From: Isurus oxyrinchus
Taxonomy: Eukaryota
DNA length: 64,000 nucleotides
Direction: 5' to 3'
Assembly (NCBI GenBank): GCA_026770705.1
Contig: JANJGN010000007.1
Coordinates: forward strand, 109,864,001-109,928,000
The position numbers and the translations under genes are program-made. Below are positions 49,401 through 63,875 of this stretch, one piece after another. Every line of letters starts with the position of its first letter. Position 1 is the first letter of the stretch. Below the pieces are notes generated by a model. It was given only the letters and a program-made list of their open reading frames with translations. It was not told where the DNA came from and searched no databases.

Positions 49401-52400
49401 TTGTTGAAGGGATTTCAACGACTTCTCTGAAACTCGAGTGTAAATCGGTTGCCTTTTACCCGGAGGATTTAAGAGTTTCCTGGAACAGAGATGGTGTGGA
49501 AATTCTGACCGGAATAGAAACTGTGAAAAACGAGACGGTGGATGGGCTCTACGAGGTCTCCAGTTCTTTGGAAGAAGTACAGCCTGTACAGAACAGAGTA
49601 GTTTATACCTGCCTAGCATATCACGAGTCGCTTCAGGTTCCTGCCAGTGTCAGCTACAACATCAGTCAAGGTAAGATTGGAAACATTTACGGCAGTGAGT
49701 GGGGAATGTGCTCCAATCTCTATTTACTTTTTTTTAATTCATTCATTGGATGTGAGTATCGCTGGCTAGCATTTATTGCCCATCAGAGGGGCACCCTTAC
49801 CTGTTGTGGAGTTATAGTCCAGACAAGGTGAGGATGGCCGATAAAGGTGCATAGGTGAACCAGATCGATTTTTAGGACAACCGACAATGGTTTCCCGATC
49901 CCAGATATTTATTGAATGCAAATTCGACCATCTGTCATGACGGGGATTCGAACCCGGGGCATTACCCGGAGTCTCTGTACTACTAGTCCAGCGGCAATGG
50001 TAATACGCCATTGTCTCCGGTAAATTTACTGGACGTGAAGCTGGATTGCTGTTCAAACTCGAGTATAAAGGGTAAATGTGGATTGTATTTACTTTCAATG
50101 TCACATTAATGGGAATAAAATAAAATAATCAAGATGGTTTGTAGCTGGAGGGGTGGAGAATATCTCCCTGAAGAGACCTGAAGGGTGTTGCTGTGTGAGA
50201 ACTACTCAAAAGCTGAAAATTCATTCCTCGTCACATTCTTACCAAATGAAACGAATTTACACGTAAAATGGATCGGCTCAAACAGGTTCAATTTTACGTC
50301 ATGTGCATTTAAATTCAATACATGGACATGGCATTTTCTTCTCTTCTCAGCTGTCTACATCCTAGATTCAGAAATTTCACTAATCTCCGGCTGCCTGCCT
50401 TTCCTTCTTTAAGACAGTCCTTGAACCCTGTCTCAACCTATCCTAATGTCACTTTATGTGAGTCGGTATCCCGTTTTGTTTGATAACGCTCTGTGAAATA
50501 TCTCAAGACTTTTTATTACTCTTAAAGTGCTATATAAATGCAAATTTTACTTGGGATACTGTGTACAGTTTTTGTCTTCTTACTTAAGAAAGGATATAAT
50601 TGCCTTAGGAGCAGTTCAGAGAAGTTTTACTCGACCGGTTCCCGGGTTGAAGATGTTACCTTATGAGGAAAGGTTGGACAGGCTGGGCCTGTATCCATTG
50701 GCCTTTAATAGAATGAGAGGTGTTCTTATTGAAACATTTACGATCCTGGGGGAATTTGACAGGGCGGATGCTGAGAGGATACTTCCACTTATGGGAGAGA
50801 TTGGAATTGGGAGTCACAGTTTAAAAAGAATGGCTCTCTCATTTAAGTCGAGGAGAATTTTTTTTCTCCTAAGTCTGTGGAACTCGCTTGCCCGGCGAAC
50901 GATGGAGGCAGGGTCATTGAATACTTTTAAGACTGAGTTAGATAGATTCTTGATTGACAAGGGAATCAAAAGCTATAGGAAACAGAGAGGAAAGTAGAGT
51001 TTAGGATACAATCAGATGAAGCAAATGGCTGAGCTGGCTCGAGGGGTTGAATAGCCTACTCCTGCTCCAAATTTGTATGTTCACATGTAATTTGTTCTTG
51101 TCATCTACTTAAGGTTGAAGTAGGTGTTCTGTGGTAAGGCTGGTGTGATGTGTGTCCGAGCGAAAGAATGGACTTTGCCACATTTTGCAACCGTTGCTCA
51201 TCAGTCTGGTGCAGAGCGGCAAGGCAAAAGGCATGCAAGTCCCCTTACTCTTAACAAACAACAATCCTGTCCACAGAGAAGTTTCATGTGCTTGCATGTA
51301 ATAAATTTGTTTCCTCCATAAATTGCATTACTAATGTGCAGTTGATATCGTTTGATAAACGTTATAATCCTTGTACAGCGAATGCCCACAGAACTGAAAA
51401 CAGTCGAGCTCCACTGACAGTCGGCGCTATTATCCTGAGAGAAACGTCTATAACTTGCCCTCCGTGCATGATTCCCTGTGTATGAATCTCGTTCTGTTCT
51501 AACCTTCTTAGTTCAATCACTTGTTAATCCCTTAGGTGCTGATGTCAATCTTCCGCTCATTTTTGGATGTGCAGGCGGCATATTGGCAATTTTACTATTA
51601 ATAATTATTTTGACGAGACTCAAATTGAAAGCATCAGCTGGTAAGAACATTTTTATTTATTTCGCTGCAAACTTCTACATTCCAAGGCCCACTTACACTG
51701 TTAAAAGACGCAAATGGCAAATTAATTGTGGGGGAATAAAGAGCAGTTTGCTCCGCATTTAAAGAATGAAGCTGACACTACAAGAGCATTATGTGATTGG
51801 TAGTTGAAATGACAATGTAAAGCGGATTTTTAAATGCAAATATTTAATCTTCTCATTATAATTATCCACTAATTTATACAGCAGGAATTGCTATGGTTCT
51901 GCTTTTTTTAAAATATTATCAGCGCGCGTCCAATTCTCAGAATGTAAACACTTTTTAAGTGGATTTCGACTTTCCTGCGGCAACGGATTTCGAACTGATA
52001 ACCTGTTTTACATCTCCCCCGGATTTTCTTTTCATTGTAATGTTGCGACCTCTTTCAGACTCTTTGCCGACTCTCTATCATATGTTTTACACCGTCGCAC
52101 AAAAGCAAGGTCTACTCCATTGGCTACAACGCCACTAAGGCTAATGAGAAGGCAATGCACAGCACATTGCAGTTGATATTGCTGAATACCTTCAGGCATC
52201 ATGGACCGGATTTTACACCGGCGGAATTTTATGGTCCAGCCGCAGTCAATGGATTTTTGAACGGCTCGCTACATTTTCCGGGCGGTATAATTTCCTTACT
52301 TTATACACAGCAAATATGTTTAGTATCGAAAGCATCATACTGGCTTTGCTGGTGCTGATTCTGTTGTTCTAGATGGATTTTTTCTATTTTAGACCTTAAT

Positions 52401-54873
52401 AGAAATTCTGTAGAAGCAGCTCAGAGAGAAAAGCTGGTAAGGTTCTGATATTCCAAAACGGTGGCAGGGAGCGAGAAGGTGGTGAGTAGGAGGGAATAGC
52501 AAGAAATGTTATGTACAGCCGAGAAGATATTAATTAGATTTCAAATAATCATAGTATGTTATAGCACGGTAGGAGGCTATAGTGCGCCCGTGCAGCCTCT
52601 TTGAAGTAACTACCCAAATGGTCCCACTCCCACACACTTTACCTATACCTCTCCTTTTTTTATTTTCAAACATTTCTCCCAATCCCTCTTTGAAAGTTTC
52701 ATTTGAATCTTCTTCCGCCACCCTTTCAGTCAGTGCATTCCAGATGACAACATGAGCCTATGCAAAAATCCTCATCTTCCCCTGATTATTTTGCCAATTA
52801 TCTTAAATCTCTCTCCCTGAATATCGAAGAAAACAGCTTCGCCTAATTTACTCGAACGAAACGTCTCAGAATTTTGAGATTGAATCTCTCCTTAGCTTTC
52901 TCTGCTATAAGGAGAACAAACATAGATTCTATAATCTCCCTAACATCACTGAAATCCCTCATCCTTGGTGCCATTTCAGTAAATCTCCTCTCCAAGGCCT
53001 TGACATCCCCCCGCCCCCACCCCCCTAAAGTGCAGAGACTGGAATGGTCCAGGATACCCCAGGTGAGGCCTGGCCAGTGATTTCTAAATGTTTAGCATTA
53101 TTCATTGGTTCTGCACTCTATTCCTTTATTCATAAGGCCGAGATAAAAAATTATCTTTACAGCAACGTGTACTTCTGACCACTCCCCGTTTCATAATTCA
53201 AATTATTTCTAAAATGGGGACTTTCCAGGTGCCCGGTTGCTTAATGTAGACATTATTAGCACCCGAAGACAGATCAGGAAGGTCCCAGGTCCTGTCTCGA
53301 CGCCTGTTCAATTGGCTGACCCAGGCTCGGACACTGCTTCAGATGCCTAAATTGGCCTGAAATCTGCCGCATTTACTGTCCGCATTTTGCACTCTCAGAC
53401 TCAGCTCCAATTGAGTCTGAGCAATAGAGACAGGCCCGCCGCTTTCAGTCTTTCATTTCTTATTTTTACAGGTTAGACAAGGGCCAAATAATGAAATTGT
53501 CGCCTAATCTAGTCGAAACTTGAGACACGACAATGGAACCTCCAGACGGAGACACGAGACAGTGCACACCGTCTATTTCCAGGTAAAAGCAAGGGACTGA
53601 AGCGAATAATATCCAACCTATTCCCGTACCATAAAAGATCAACACTCTGTTAATATTAACAATATTAACAAACTGGACAGAATCTCACGGGGTTGTTCAG
53701 ACTCCATGACACAAAATAAAACGAGTCCTCAAGAACAGTCATCTCTCTCCCACAGACCTGTTTGGAAACAGCAATCAGGAGAGATGTAAATACGGCTGCG
53801 GACTCTTATCATTGGTTTTACACAACAGCAGAGTCAAACTTATCCGCGTTTCTTTTGCGGGTCTGGCTGTGATAATAGGTGCCCTGAACTAAAAAAAAGT
53901 ATTCACCAGATAAGTGTGACTAACGTCCATTTTAAAGACAAAACATGGAACCGAGAACCGCCTGCCCTATACCACTGTCGAAGCTAGCACGAAGAAAAAT
54001 GCGAAACCCATGCAAAGGGAGAAGAGTCCGGCCTATTCCCAGATACAGCTCAGGCCGTTTATTCTAATACCGCCAATGTTATGTGATACCACACTGACCT
54101 GCAGGAAGTGGAGAGGTCCCAGGCTTAATTTATCAACTGTGGTGAGTCGGCTGATCTCAGCCAAGGTTCATCATATTTGTCTCATGTCCCAGAGATCAGG
54201 AGATCGGCAGGTTTGGGAAAAGAGGCCTGAAAAGTGTGACTTGGAGCCTTACCTCATGGGATAAGCTGTCGAGGTTCAGACAATTGGGCTTTGCAATATC
54301 AGCATTCCAAACATTCATAATAGACCAGTATGAAATTCATTTTGCTATTTTAATTGAAGTATTTACCTACTTCCTAAAATGAGCTGTATTAACAGAGGAA
54401 CTCATTTTAAATGAAGGTTCAACAGGAATTCCAACAAGATTTAGGGGAGGGCTGCAGAGAGGGGAGACAAGAGAACGAAAAAAAGAACAAAATCCGGTTC
54501 CAATCAGAAGGTGGTAACTGAGAGGAAATTTCACTGCAGCCTTTTATAACCTCGGTTGTCTCAAACAATGAGTGAACAATGGATTAAGGAGTGATATTAA
54601 ATTTGACTTTCACAGACTAAACAAAGAGGCGGAGATAACAAGCTCATTTACGCCGCTCTGCAGCTTGCTGATTCCAAGAAAATATCAAAATCTAAACAGA
54701 AAGACGAACGCGCCACATATGCAGAAGTAAACGTGTCAAAGAAAGAAGCTGAGAATCTAAACACCATCCGAAAATGGGAGATATTTATGGGTGCAGAGCC
54801 AGCGTATTTGATTATACATCATAAAATATGCATCTGTCATTGTTTAATTTATCACAGTCAGACAACGAAGTAA
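46436..54873 (+). pseudogene. Gene B: unprocessed pseudogene paralogue of gene A; exons 46436-46484, 46694-46999, 49374-49670, 51536-51640, 52393-52436, 53472-53582, 53938-54042, 54616-54873
   Basis: Exon-for-exon homology to gene A with lesions: leader donor GT>GA (46485-6), TAG in V exon (46711-3), C1 acceptor AG>GG shifting the AG by 1 nt (49371-3), ITIM Tyr TAC>TAA (53505-7), exon 7 donor GT>AT (54043-4), 4-nt deletion removing the stop codon (about 54745). Confidence 0.9.
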
Positions 54874-57800
54874 CTATCTGGACATCACATGTGTGTGCTC
54901 GGAAACAGACTGGCGGAATTGCCCGCCGGCCCATTACAGAACAAGTCCAAAGTCGGGCGCTTTCCATGCCCTGGTTAAGGTTTACAAAACCAGTTCGAAG
55001 TTATCGGCAAGTTGAAAATCTACGTCGGTCCTCGTGTTCCGGATTGCAAATGTGCAGGATGCTTTTGTTGCGGTGTTATCAACCAATGGTCACCAAAATT
55101 TTGTAATGTCACCTTCTGATAGTTGTTAAAATGTAGCTTGCATGGTTTGTGAATACAAAGTTCCATGAAGTCTAAAAAAGTGTCAATCTATTCAACTCAA
55201 AAAATGAATATTCATTTATATTGTTTAGCGAATAACATTTGCCTTCTAGAATCCAAGATCGGCGGTTTCTGCTTGAGTCGACAGCAATCATTCGTTATTA
55301 GTACTATCTGGATTGTGGCCTTTTCGGTCACAGGACAGAGGTGAGGGAACAAAGCCACTGCACTCATAACTCAACAAAATACACCGAAATTATTCTCGGC
55401 CCCAATTTTCAAGTAGCCCATATCCAATAGAGAGACAGACAAACTAACAAGCGCAGAGGCACAAATAAGTCCCACTCTTAAGGAGGAAGCATCACTAAAA
55501 TACACCAGAGGCTAATCCAATATGTCACTATCAACAGAATTTACTGTAATGTTGTATTAAAAATCAAAATAGGTAATGAAATATGCAGCCCACGTTTATA
55601 TCAAACCTTTACTACAGGACGTGGAATGACTTGGAGATAACAGAACAGGCACTGTCTACTTAAACATAGAAGCAATTTATTTCTTACCACTCCAAGGGAA
55701 GCATAACTTCGTTAGAGGCGAATCATGGAGACTCAATAGGGTCAAGGAGACAGCACAGCTAACATGGACTCTGGTTGATGTCCATCTGCCTGTGGTCCAG
55801 AGTTGTGCAGTTTTCATTGTAGTGTTTGTAATATGTGCCAGTTGGCTGAGTCCAACAAGGTTAAGGCATCAGCTGCAGAGAGTAAGGGGCACCAAAGCAA
55901 AACGGGACACAGTGTGAAGGTACACCCATGTTTCCAGCGTTGTAAATCATTGTATTTCTAGGTTATAACTATATGTCTAGAAAGAGACATCTGGAACAAA
56001 AATGGGTCAAGGGGACATAAGACTCAAGACCTGTGCCCAGGTTCAAATTCTCTACGAAAAGTAGAGCAATCCGGGGAGAGGCTCGCCAACAAATGTGTAC
56101 TTCTGCTCAAGAACACGTTTGGACGAAAATGTTCAAATTTCCTTTATAAATAGGATATCAAGTCTGGCAAACATTTACATTAATTTGTCAGCTGGTTGAG
56201 TACTAATACCAATACAACATGGAGCTCTGATGTGGAGTTTAAGCACAAGGCTACCGAGCATTTTGGGACTAATACATAATAAATGGGGGAAAACAACTGG
56301 TTTTGAAATTCCAGGCAGCTGCAACCATCAATTCCCTGCTACAAAGTTAGCATACCAGTTTGTCGGGATAGTGGGGTTTGGGGGTCGGGTCGGGGTGGCA
56401 ACAGGAAAAAGAGGGTGTAAGCAGCCGTTTATGAATTATTCTGAGCTGTCGAAGTTACGAGAGACCACTGATGTGCCCCTGCACTCCACTAGACTCATAG
56501 TTAAGCCATGTGCTTTGCACAACTTTTGCAATACAAGTTCCTTTTTTCATCACTCCCACTTGTGACAGACCCATTCTAACACTGCCACAGCACTGTCTTT
56601 ACAATGTTCTATCCGGAGACCAACTAGCTTTCGAACGCAAAACATTTTACAGCATAATTGCATGCACTATTTTCAATGTAAGTCGGCCCAGTTATGAATA
56701 ATGCATGCCGACTACAACGCTAGTGATATGGCTTCTAAACAGTCCCCAGCATCTGCCAGAAGTAATGATCTAACACATCCTACTGGCAAAATGAAGTGCA
56801 AACCACATCAAAAGGGCCAGATACCTAAATTTCTAAGTACAGACAATGGAGCAAGGCCTTAAAAATCATTTTTGAGAATGGGCAAAGCCATATTTGTCAC
56901 CAAGATGCTCATAGCGCACATTCGCCTTGAATTGCTGCAGTCCATGATGTTTCGAACAGTCTAATGTTTTACTCGTCACACGTCTCTTGCTAAGAATGAA
57001 TTCAATTACTTTTCAATGCAACTGAGCTTGTGTGAAATATATTTCTGCTGGACCATGGACCCTCCACCAACTAAAGACACAAATAAACGGAGATCTGCAA
57101 CTGGTTCATTATTTTTCATGATCAAGATTTTCAAATCCAGACTAATGCTCCTCGCTTTAGTCCAGTTATGTGGAAAATTGTCCGAAAATGAATTAACAAA
57201 GGGCAGGAAAGATCCAACCCAGCTAATAAGCACCCCGTCAAATTTTTCTCAGTTATCCGCAAAATGGCGGAAAGTATCTTTGACAGTGCTACAAAGTGGC
57301 ACTGACATATCAATAACCTGCTCATTGATGCTCAGTTTGGGTTCTGCCACGGCTTCTCAGCTCCTAACCTCACTACAGCTTTAGTTCAAACATAGATGAA
57401 ATAGCTGAACTCAGGAGACAAGATGAGAATTGCATTGACACCAAGGCAGCTTCGCCGATTGTAGCATCAAGGAGCCCTAGCAACATTGAAGTCAATGGGA
57501 ATCATGGGGAGAACTCTCCGCTGGTTGAAGTCACACCTAGTACAAAGATATCATATCAGCCCCAGGGCATCGCTGTTGGAGTTCCTCAGGGCAGTGTCCT
57601 AGAACCAATCATCTTCAGCTGCTTCGTCAATAACTGTTATTCCTTCATAACTCGGAAGTGGCGAGACTTGCTGATGATCGGACAATGTTCAGTGCCATTC
57701 ATCACATTGTAAATATTGTAGTAATCTGTATCCATACGCGGAAGACCTGGAAGATATTCAGGCTTGCATTGATATGTGGCAAGTAACATTTACAGCACAC

Positions 57801-60800
57801 AAGTGCCAGGCAACGTACATCTCCAACAAGAGAGAATCTGACCATCTCCCCCTGGCGTTTAACGGCATTCCCATCGCTGAATCTCCCACCATCAACATTC
57901 TGGGGTGTATTATTGACCAGAAAACATCATTGGGCCAGTCACATAAATACTATGGCTACGAAAGCTGGACAGATACTAGAAATTCTGTGGTGAGTAACTC
58001 AACTTCTGGCTCACCAAAGCTTCTCCCCCTCATCTACCGCACCCCCACCACCACCACCCGCCCCCCCCCCCCCCCCCCCCCAATCATCTGCCAGGAGTGT
58101 GATGGAATACTCTGAAATAGCCTGGATGAATGCTGTTCCAGCAACACTCAAGAATCCCAACACAGTCTGGGACAAAGAAGCAGCCCACTTCATCAATGCC
58201 CTGTCCACCACCTTAAACTTCATTCCCTCCACCACCAAAGCAGAGTGTAATATGCATTGTAGCAACTCACCAAGACCCCTTCAATACCTTCCAAACCTGT
58301 GATCTCTACCATTAGAAGGGCAAGGGCAGCAAACACATGGAACACTACCAGCTGCAAGTTTCTTTCCAACACACACCAATCTGACTTGAAAATATATCAC
58401 CATTCCTTCACTATTGCCGGATTAAAACCCTGGATCTCCCTTTCTAACAGAACTGTGGGTGCACCTACACCACATGGACTGAAGCGGCTCAAGAAGTTGT
58501 ATCACCACCACCTTCTCAAGGCCAAGTAGGAATGAGCAACCAATGCTAGCCTTGTCCATGAAATCATGAAAAACACTTTTTTTATCATTGTATCGTTAAC
58601 AACTTCCACACATGATTTATGAATGCATATCAGCACAAGTTAATAAAGGTTTGCCTACAGCCTTATGGCTGCCCACAATCTGACATTTACTGTAGTACTC
58701 ACTGAACATTCAATTTCCTGCAAATTTAAATTACATCCACACAATTAAGGTTAAAATTACTTCCACATTTAAATTAAACGCAGCACATACTGCAGCAAAA
58801 TGGATAGGCCCATAAATCACTATAAATCACTAGAAAATAAGCAGCAGTCAGATAATTTGCACAACTCAACTGTCAGACGGGCTCACAGTGTGGCGCATTT
58901 GTGTGTACTGGAAGCGATATATATCAATACAAAGGACCCTATTCCTTGCAGACAGAAAGAACATATACACACTTTGCGCCTGTTTCAGCTAAACAAAATG
59001 AGAGACAGTCATTCGCTGACTCACTCCTCAGGGAAATGCCTTGATCAATCAGGGTCAAGCTGCCTGGTTTAAATTACAAACAATGTTTGGCAATTAACTG
59101 TCAGTCACCATCAGTGGTGCATTCCCCATGGCAACACCACTTGCCAACCAATCAGCACTCTCTTCATATACCGTATAAATTGTCTTCACCTTACATTGGT
59201 TCTCCTGCGAGTGTCCTAATGAGTGCAAGGCAAAAAGTTTAGACATGTCTTTTTTTCAGCAATCCTCAAGTTCTCCACTACCAAATGCCTACATGCAGTC
59301 TCGTTCCTTCAGGTATTGAATTAAACATTAAAAGTCAGCTTTTAAATTAATTTTCGTTTCTAATCTTTCTTTCCCTTTCCGATTTTATGTTGAATTCGTC
59401 CATTCTAATTTTTCATCTTTTTCAGTCCTTTATCTATTTCTAAATCCTTACATCTCATACACGTTTCCCTGTTGTTAACCAAAGTCTGAGAAACCCTGTT
59501 ACCCTCGTTCTGTTATCAGTTTGCAACTACAGCAATTTACAAAGGAAATATGTTCACCTGAAGCATGCAGGAAAACATCTAACCAGAAAGCACATCAGAA
59601 GAAGCCTTACTTTTGCAAATTTCCACCCATTGTGTTGGAAAACTTGAATATAACAGGAGAAGAACGCCATCTGGTACCTCGATCCTGATCCACCTTTCAA
59701 TAAGACCATGGCTGATCTGTTCTTGGCCTCAATTCCGCTTTCCTACCTGCCCCTCCCCCACCACCACCCATATTAACCTTGACTCATTGGGAAATGAAAA
59801 CTCTGTCTCACTCAGCCTTCAACTAATTCTATGACCCATCCTCCACTGCTCTCTGCGGAGATAATTCCAAAAACTAATGACCATCTGAGAATAGAAATAT
59901 TTATTCATCTCTGTCTTAAATGGGACACTCCTTATTTGCAAACAGTGTACTTCGTTCTCGATTCCCCCACATCTTCTCAGTGTTTACCTTCTCAAACCCC
60001 CTCAGAAACATAGATGTTTCAATAAGATTACATCTCATTCTTCTCAGCTCCAATGAGTATAGCCCAGCTGGCTCAAACTTTCATCCTAAAACAAACACTT
60101 CACACCAAGAATCAAACCGGTGAGCCGTCTTCAAACTGTCAGCAGTGCAAGTATGTCCATCTTTAAATAAGGAGGCCAAAACTGTACACTATACTCTAGT
60201 GTTCTCTCACCAATGCCCTTGCAGTTGTAGCAAGGCATCCATACTTTTTAATAAACCCCCTTGCAATAAAGGTCAACATTCATAAGTACTTCTTGAACAT
60301 GCATGTTGATACTTTCTTATTCATGTTCAAGGGCACCCTGATTCCTCTGTACCACCGTGTTCCATAATCTCTGTCCATTTAAATAATAGCTGCTTTTCTA
60401 TCCTTTCTGTCAAAGTGGATAACCTCACATTTTCCCGCAATGTATTCCATTTTCCAAATATTAACCCACTTGTCCAACCTATCTACATTCCTTTGCAGAC
60501 TCTGCTTGTGTCCTCTACAAAATTGTTTTGTTATCTATCTTTATCCCATCAGCAAATGTGGCTACAATATACCCTGTGCTTTCGCCCAAGTCAACATAGA
60601 TTGCAAACATTTTGAGCCCTAGCATTGATCTTTGTGGCACAAGATTAGTTAGTTTTCCAGGTAGAAAATTACCAATTTATTCAGACTGTCTGCCCCCTGT
60701 TAGTTAGCCAATCCTCTATCCACGTTAGTGTATTAACCTCAACACTGTGCCGTAACTTTTGATGTGGGAACTTATCGAATGGCTTTTGGAAATCTAAACA

Positions 60801-63137
60801 GATTCGATCAATTAGTTCCCATTTATTGACTTGTTACGCCCTCAAGAACTCAAGCACATTTATCAAATATGATCTCCCTTTCCTAAAACCATGTTGCATC
60901 TGTTTGATTGTATTGTGAGTTTCTGAATGCTCTGCTACTACTTCCTTAATAATGGACCTATAGATTCCTGCTACCTGCCTCAATCTTTTATTGAATGTGG
61001 GCATAAAACTTGCAGTTTCCAATCAAATGGGACTTGTGCAGAAATTCAGGATTTATAGAATGTTATACGCAATGCTTCAGCAATCGCCACAGCTACACCA
61101 CTTAGTACCCAAACGATGGCTAATGATCAGGTCCCGGATCTTTATAGCCCCATCAATTCTCTAGTGGTAGTGATTATATTGATTTCCTCCTTCCCTTGTG
61201 CGCCTCAATTTTCTTATAATACTGGGATGTTTTTATTGTCATCTATTGTGTGCAGCAAGACCTGGACAACATTCAGCCATGGGCTAATAAGAAGCAGGCA
61301 ATATGTGTGCCACAAAAGTGCAAGATAATGACCATCTCCAACAAGTGAGAATCCTATAATCTTCCCTTGACATTGAAAGATATTACCATACTGGTTGACA
61401 CACTTTCAACATTGTCAGCGTTTCCATTGACCAGGATCTGAACTGGACCAGCTATATAAATATTATGGCTGCAAGAGCAGTCAGACACAGGGAATTCAGT
61501 GGTGAGTAACTCACCTTTGAATTCCCAAAGCCTGTCCACCATCTACAAGGTACAAGTCCGGAATATGACGGAATACTCCCCAGTTGCCTGAATGAGTGCA
61601 GCTCCATCAACAATCAAAAAGCTCAACACCATCCAGAACAAAGCAGCCCATTTGATTGGTACCCCATTTACCACCTCCAATCTACAATCCTTCCACCACT
61701 AATGCACTGAGGCAGTCGTGTGTACCATCTACAACATGCATTATAGCAGCTCACCAAAGCTCCTTGGACAGCATCTTCCAAACCTTTAAACTCCACCACC
61801 TAGAAGGACCAGGGCAGCGGATGCATGGGAGCACCATCACCTGGATATATCCATCCAAGCTACTCGCCGTCCTGACTTGGAAATATATTGCCATTCCTTC
61901 ATGTTACTGGGTCAAAATCCCGTAACTCCCTCCCAAACAGCACTATGGGTACACCTTCACCACATGGACTGTTGCAGTTCAAGAAGGCAGATCAGCACTA
62001 CATTCCCAAGGGCAATTAGGGATGGGCATCAAAAATGTTGGACTAGTCAGCTATGCCTACATCCCATGAAAGAATATAAAAAAGGAAATAAGTACAAGGC
62101 ACATGTTCAATGTCTCTGCCATTTCCTTGTTACCAATGATTAGTTCTGCAGTCTTATTCTGAAAAGGACCAAAGTATATTTTAGCTATTCTTTTCTTTTT
62201 TATATAAATCTCTTAATGTCTGTTTTTATATTGCTTGCAAGTTTTCTACCATATTTTAATTATTTGTCTTTTTTATTCATCCTTTGCTGTTTTCTACAAT
62301 TTTCACGATCTGCTAGCCTTACAATCAATCTAGTAATCCTCACGGCATTTTATGCCTTTTCATTCAATTTAATACCATCATTACTTTCCTTTATTAGACA
62401 CAGATGATTCATGCTCCTCTGAGGGTCGTTATTCCTCAAAGCAATGTGTACATTTGTTGAGAGTTATGAAATATCTCCTCAAACGTATGTCATTGCTTAC
62501 CTACCATCTAAGCTTTTAACCTATTTTCCGAGCCCACTTGAGCTGACTCATCTTCATACCTTCATCCTTGTTTTTATTGCAGCTTAAGACAGTAGTTTCA
62601 GACACAAACTGCACACTCTCAAACTGAATTCGAAATTCTACATGTAGGGTCACCCTTCCCTAGAATACTTTATGATGATCTATTTAATGAATTCTGCCTC
62701 ATTGTGCTTTAACAGATCTAATATAAATTGTCCCAGGGTTGGTTCCACAATGTATTGTTCTTGGAATATGTCCAAAATGAACTTGACCTGAAGGCTGCCA
62801 TTGCCAATTTGATTTGTCCAAACCGGAAGATAATTAAAATCTCCCATGACCATTGCAGTATCTTTCTTACAAGCTCCAACAAATTTTTGATGTTTACTCT
62901 GTCCTACAGTGTAGTTACTTTTAGGAGGCTTATGAACTATTTCCACTAGTGACACTTTTCTCTTTCCTATTTCTTATCTCCACCCAAATGGATTCTATAC
63001 GTTGATCTTCTTAGCCAAGATTTCCTTGTGCTGATCTCATTCTTTATTAATAGAGCTGCCCCACCTCACTTTCCTTTCTTCCTATCCTTTCAAAATGTAA
63101 AATGCCCTTGCATATTCAGTTTCTGGCCTTGGTCACC

Positions 63138-63875
63138 TTGCAACCACGTTTCTGTAATGACTATCATATAATATCCATACCGTTTTATCTATGCCATCGA
63201 TTCACCTATCTTGCCATCAATCCCGCATGCATTCACATAAAGAGCACTGAGAGCCATATCATAGAATGTTTGCAGCACATAAAGAGGCCATTGGCCCGTT
63301 GTGTCCATGCCAGCTGTCTACAAGAACAACTCTCCTAGTCCCAGTCTCCTGTCTTTTCCCCATAGCCCTACATATGTATCTTCAGATAATTGCCCAATTC
63401 TCCTTTCAGATCGATGATTGAATCAGATTTTGTACTTAGAGCATTATGTTTGTACACTCTGACCCTTCATGTCACATTCCAGTTATCATTACCCTTATCG
63501 ATACATTGCAACCACGTTTCTGTAATGACTATCATATAATATCCATACCGTTTTATCTATGCCATCGATTCACCTATCTTGCCATCAATCCCGCATGCAT
63601 TCACATAAAGAGCACTGAGAGCCATATCATAGAATGTTTGCAGCACAAAAAGAGGCCATTGGCCCGTTGTGTCCATGCCAGCTGTCTACAAGAACAACTC
63701 TCCTAGTCCCAGTCTCCTGTCTTTTCCCCATAGCCCTACATATGTATCTTCAGATAATTGCCCAATTCTCCTTTCAGATCGATGATTGAATCAGATTTTG
63801 TACTTAGAGCATTATGTTTGTACACTCTGACCCTTCATGTCACATTCCAGTTATCATTACCCTTATCGATACATT
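63138..63875 (+). repeat. Two-copy tandem duplication, 368-bp unit
   Basis: 63138-63505 repeated at 63506-63873, one mismatch seen (63280 vs 63648), TT microhomology at the junction. Confidence 0.93.

Larger units (their letters stand above)
43985..62877 (+). repeat. Segmental duplication copy 2 (contains gene B)
   Basis: Direct-orientation homology to 1-26030; lacks the CR1 at 2151-3783 and the Penelope palindrome at 7812-13150. Confidence 0.95.
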
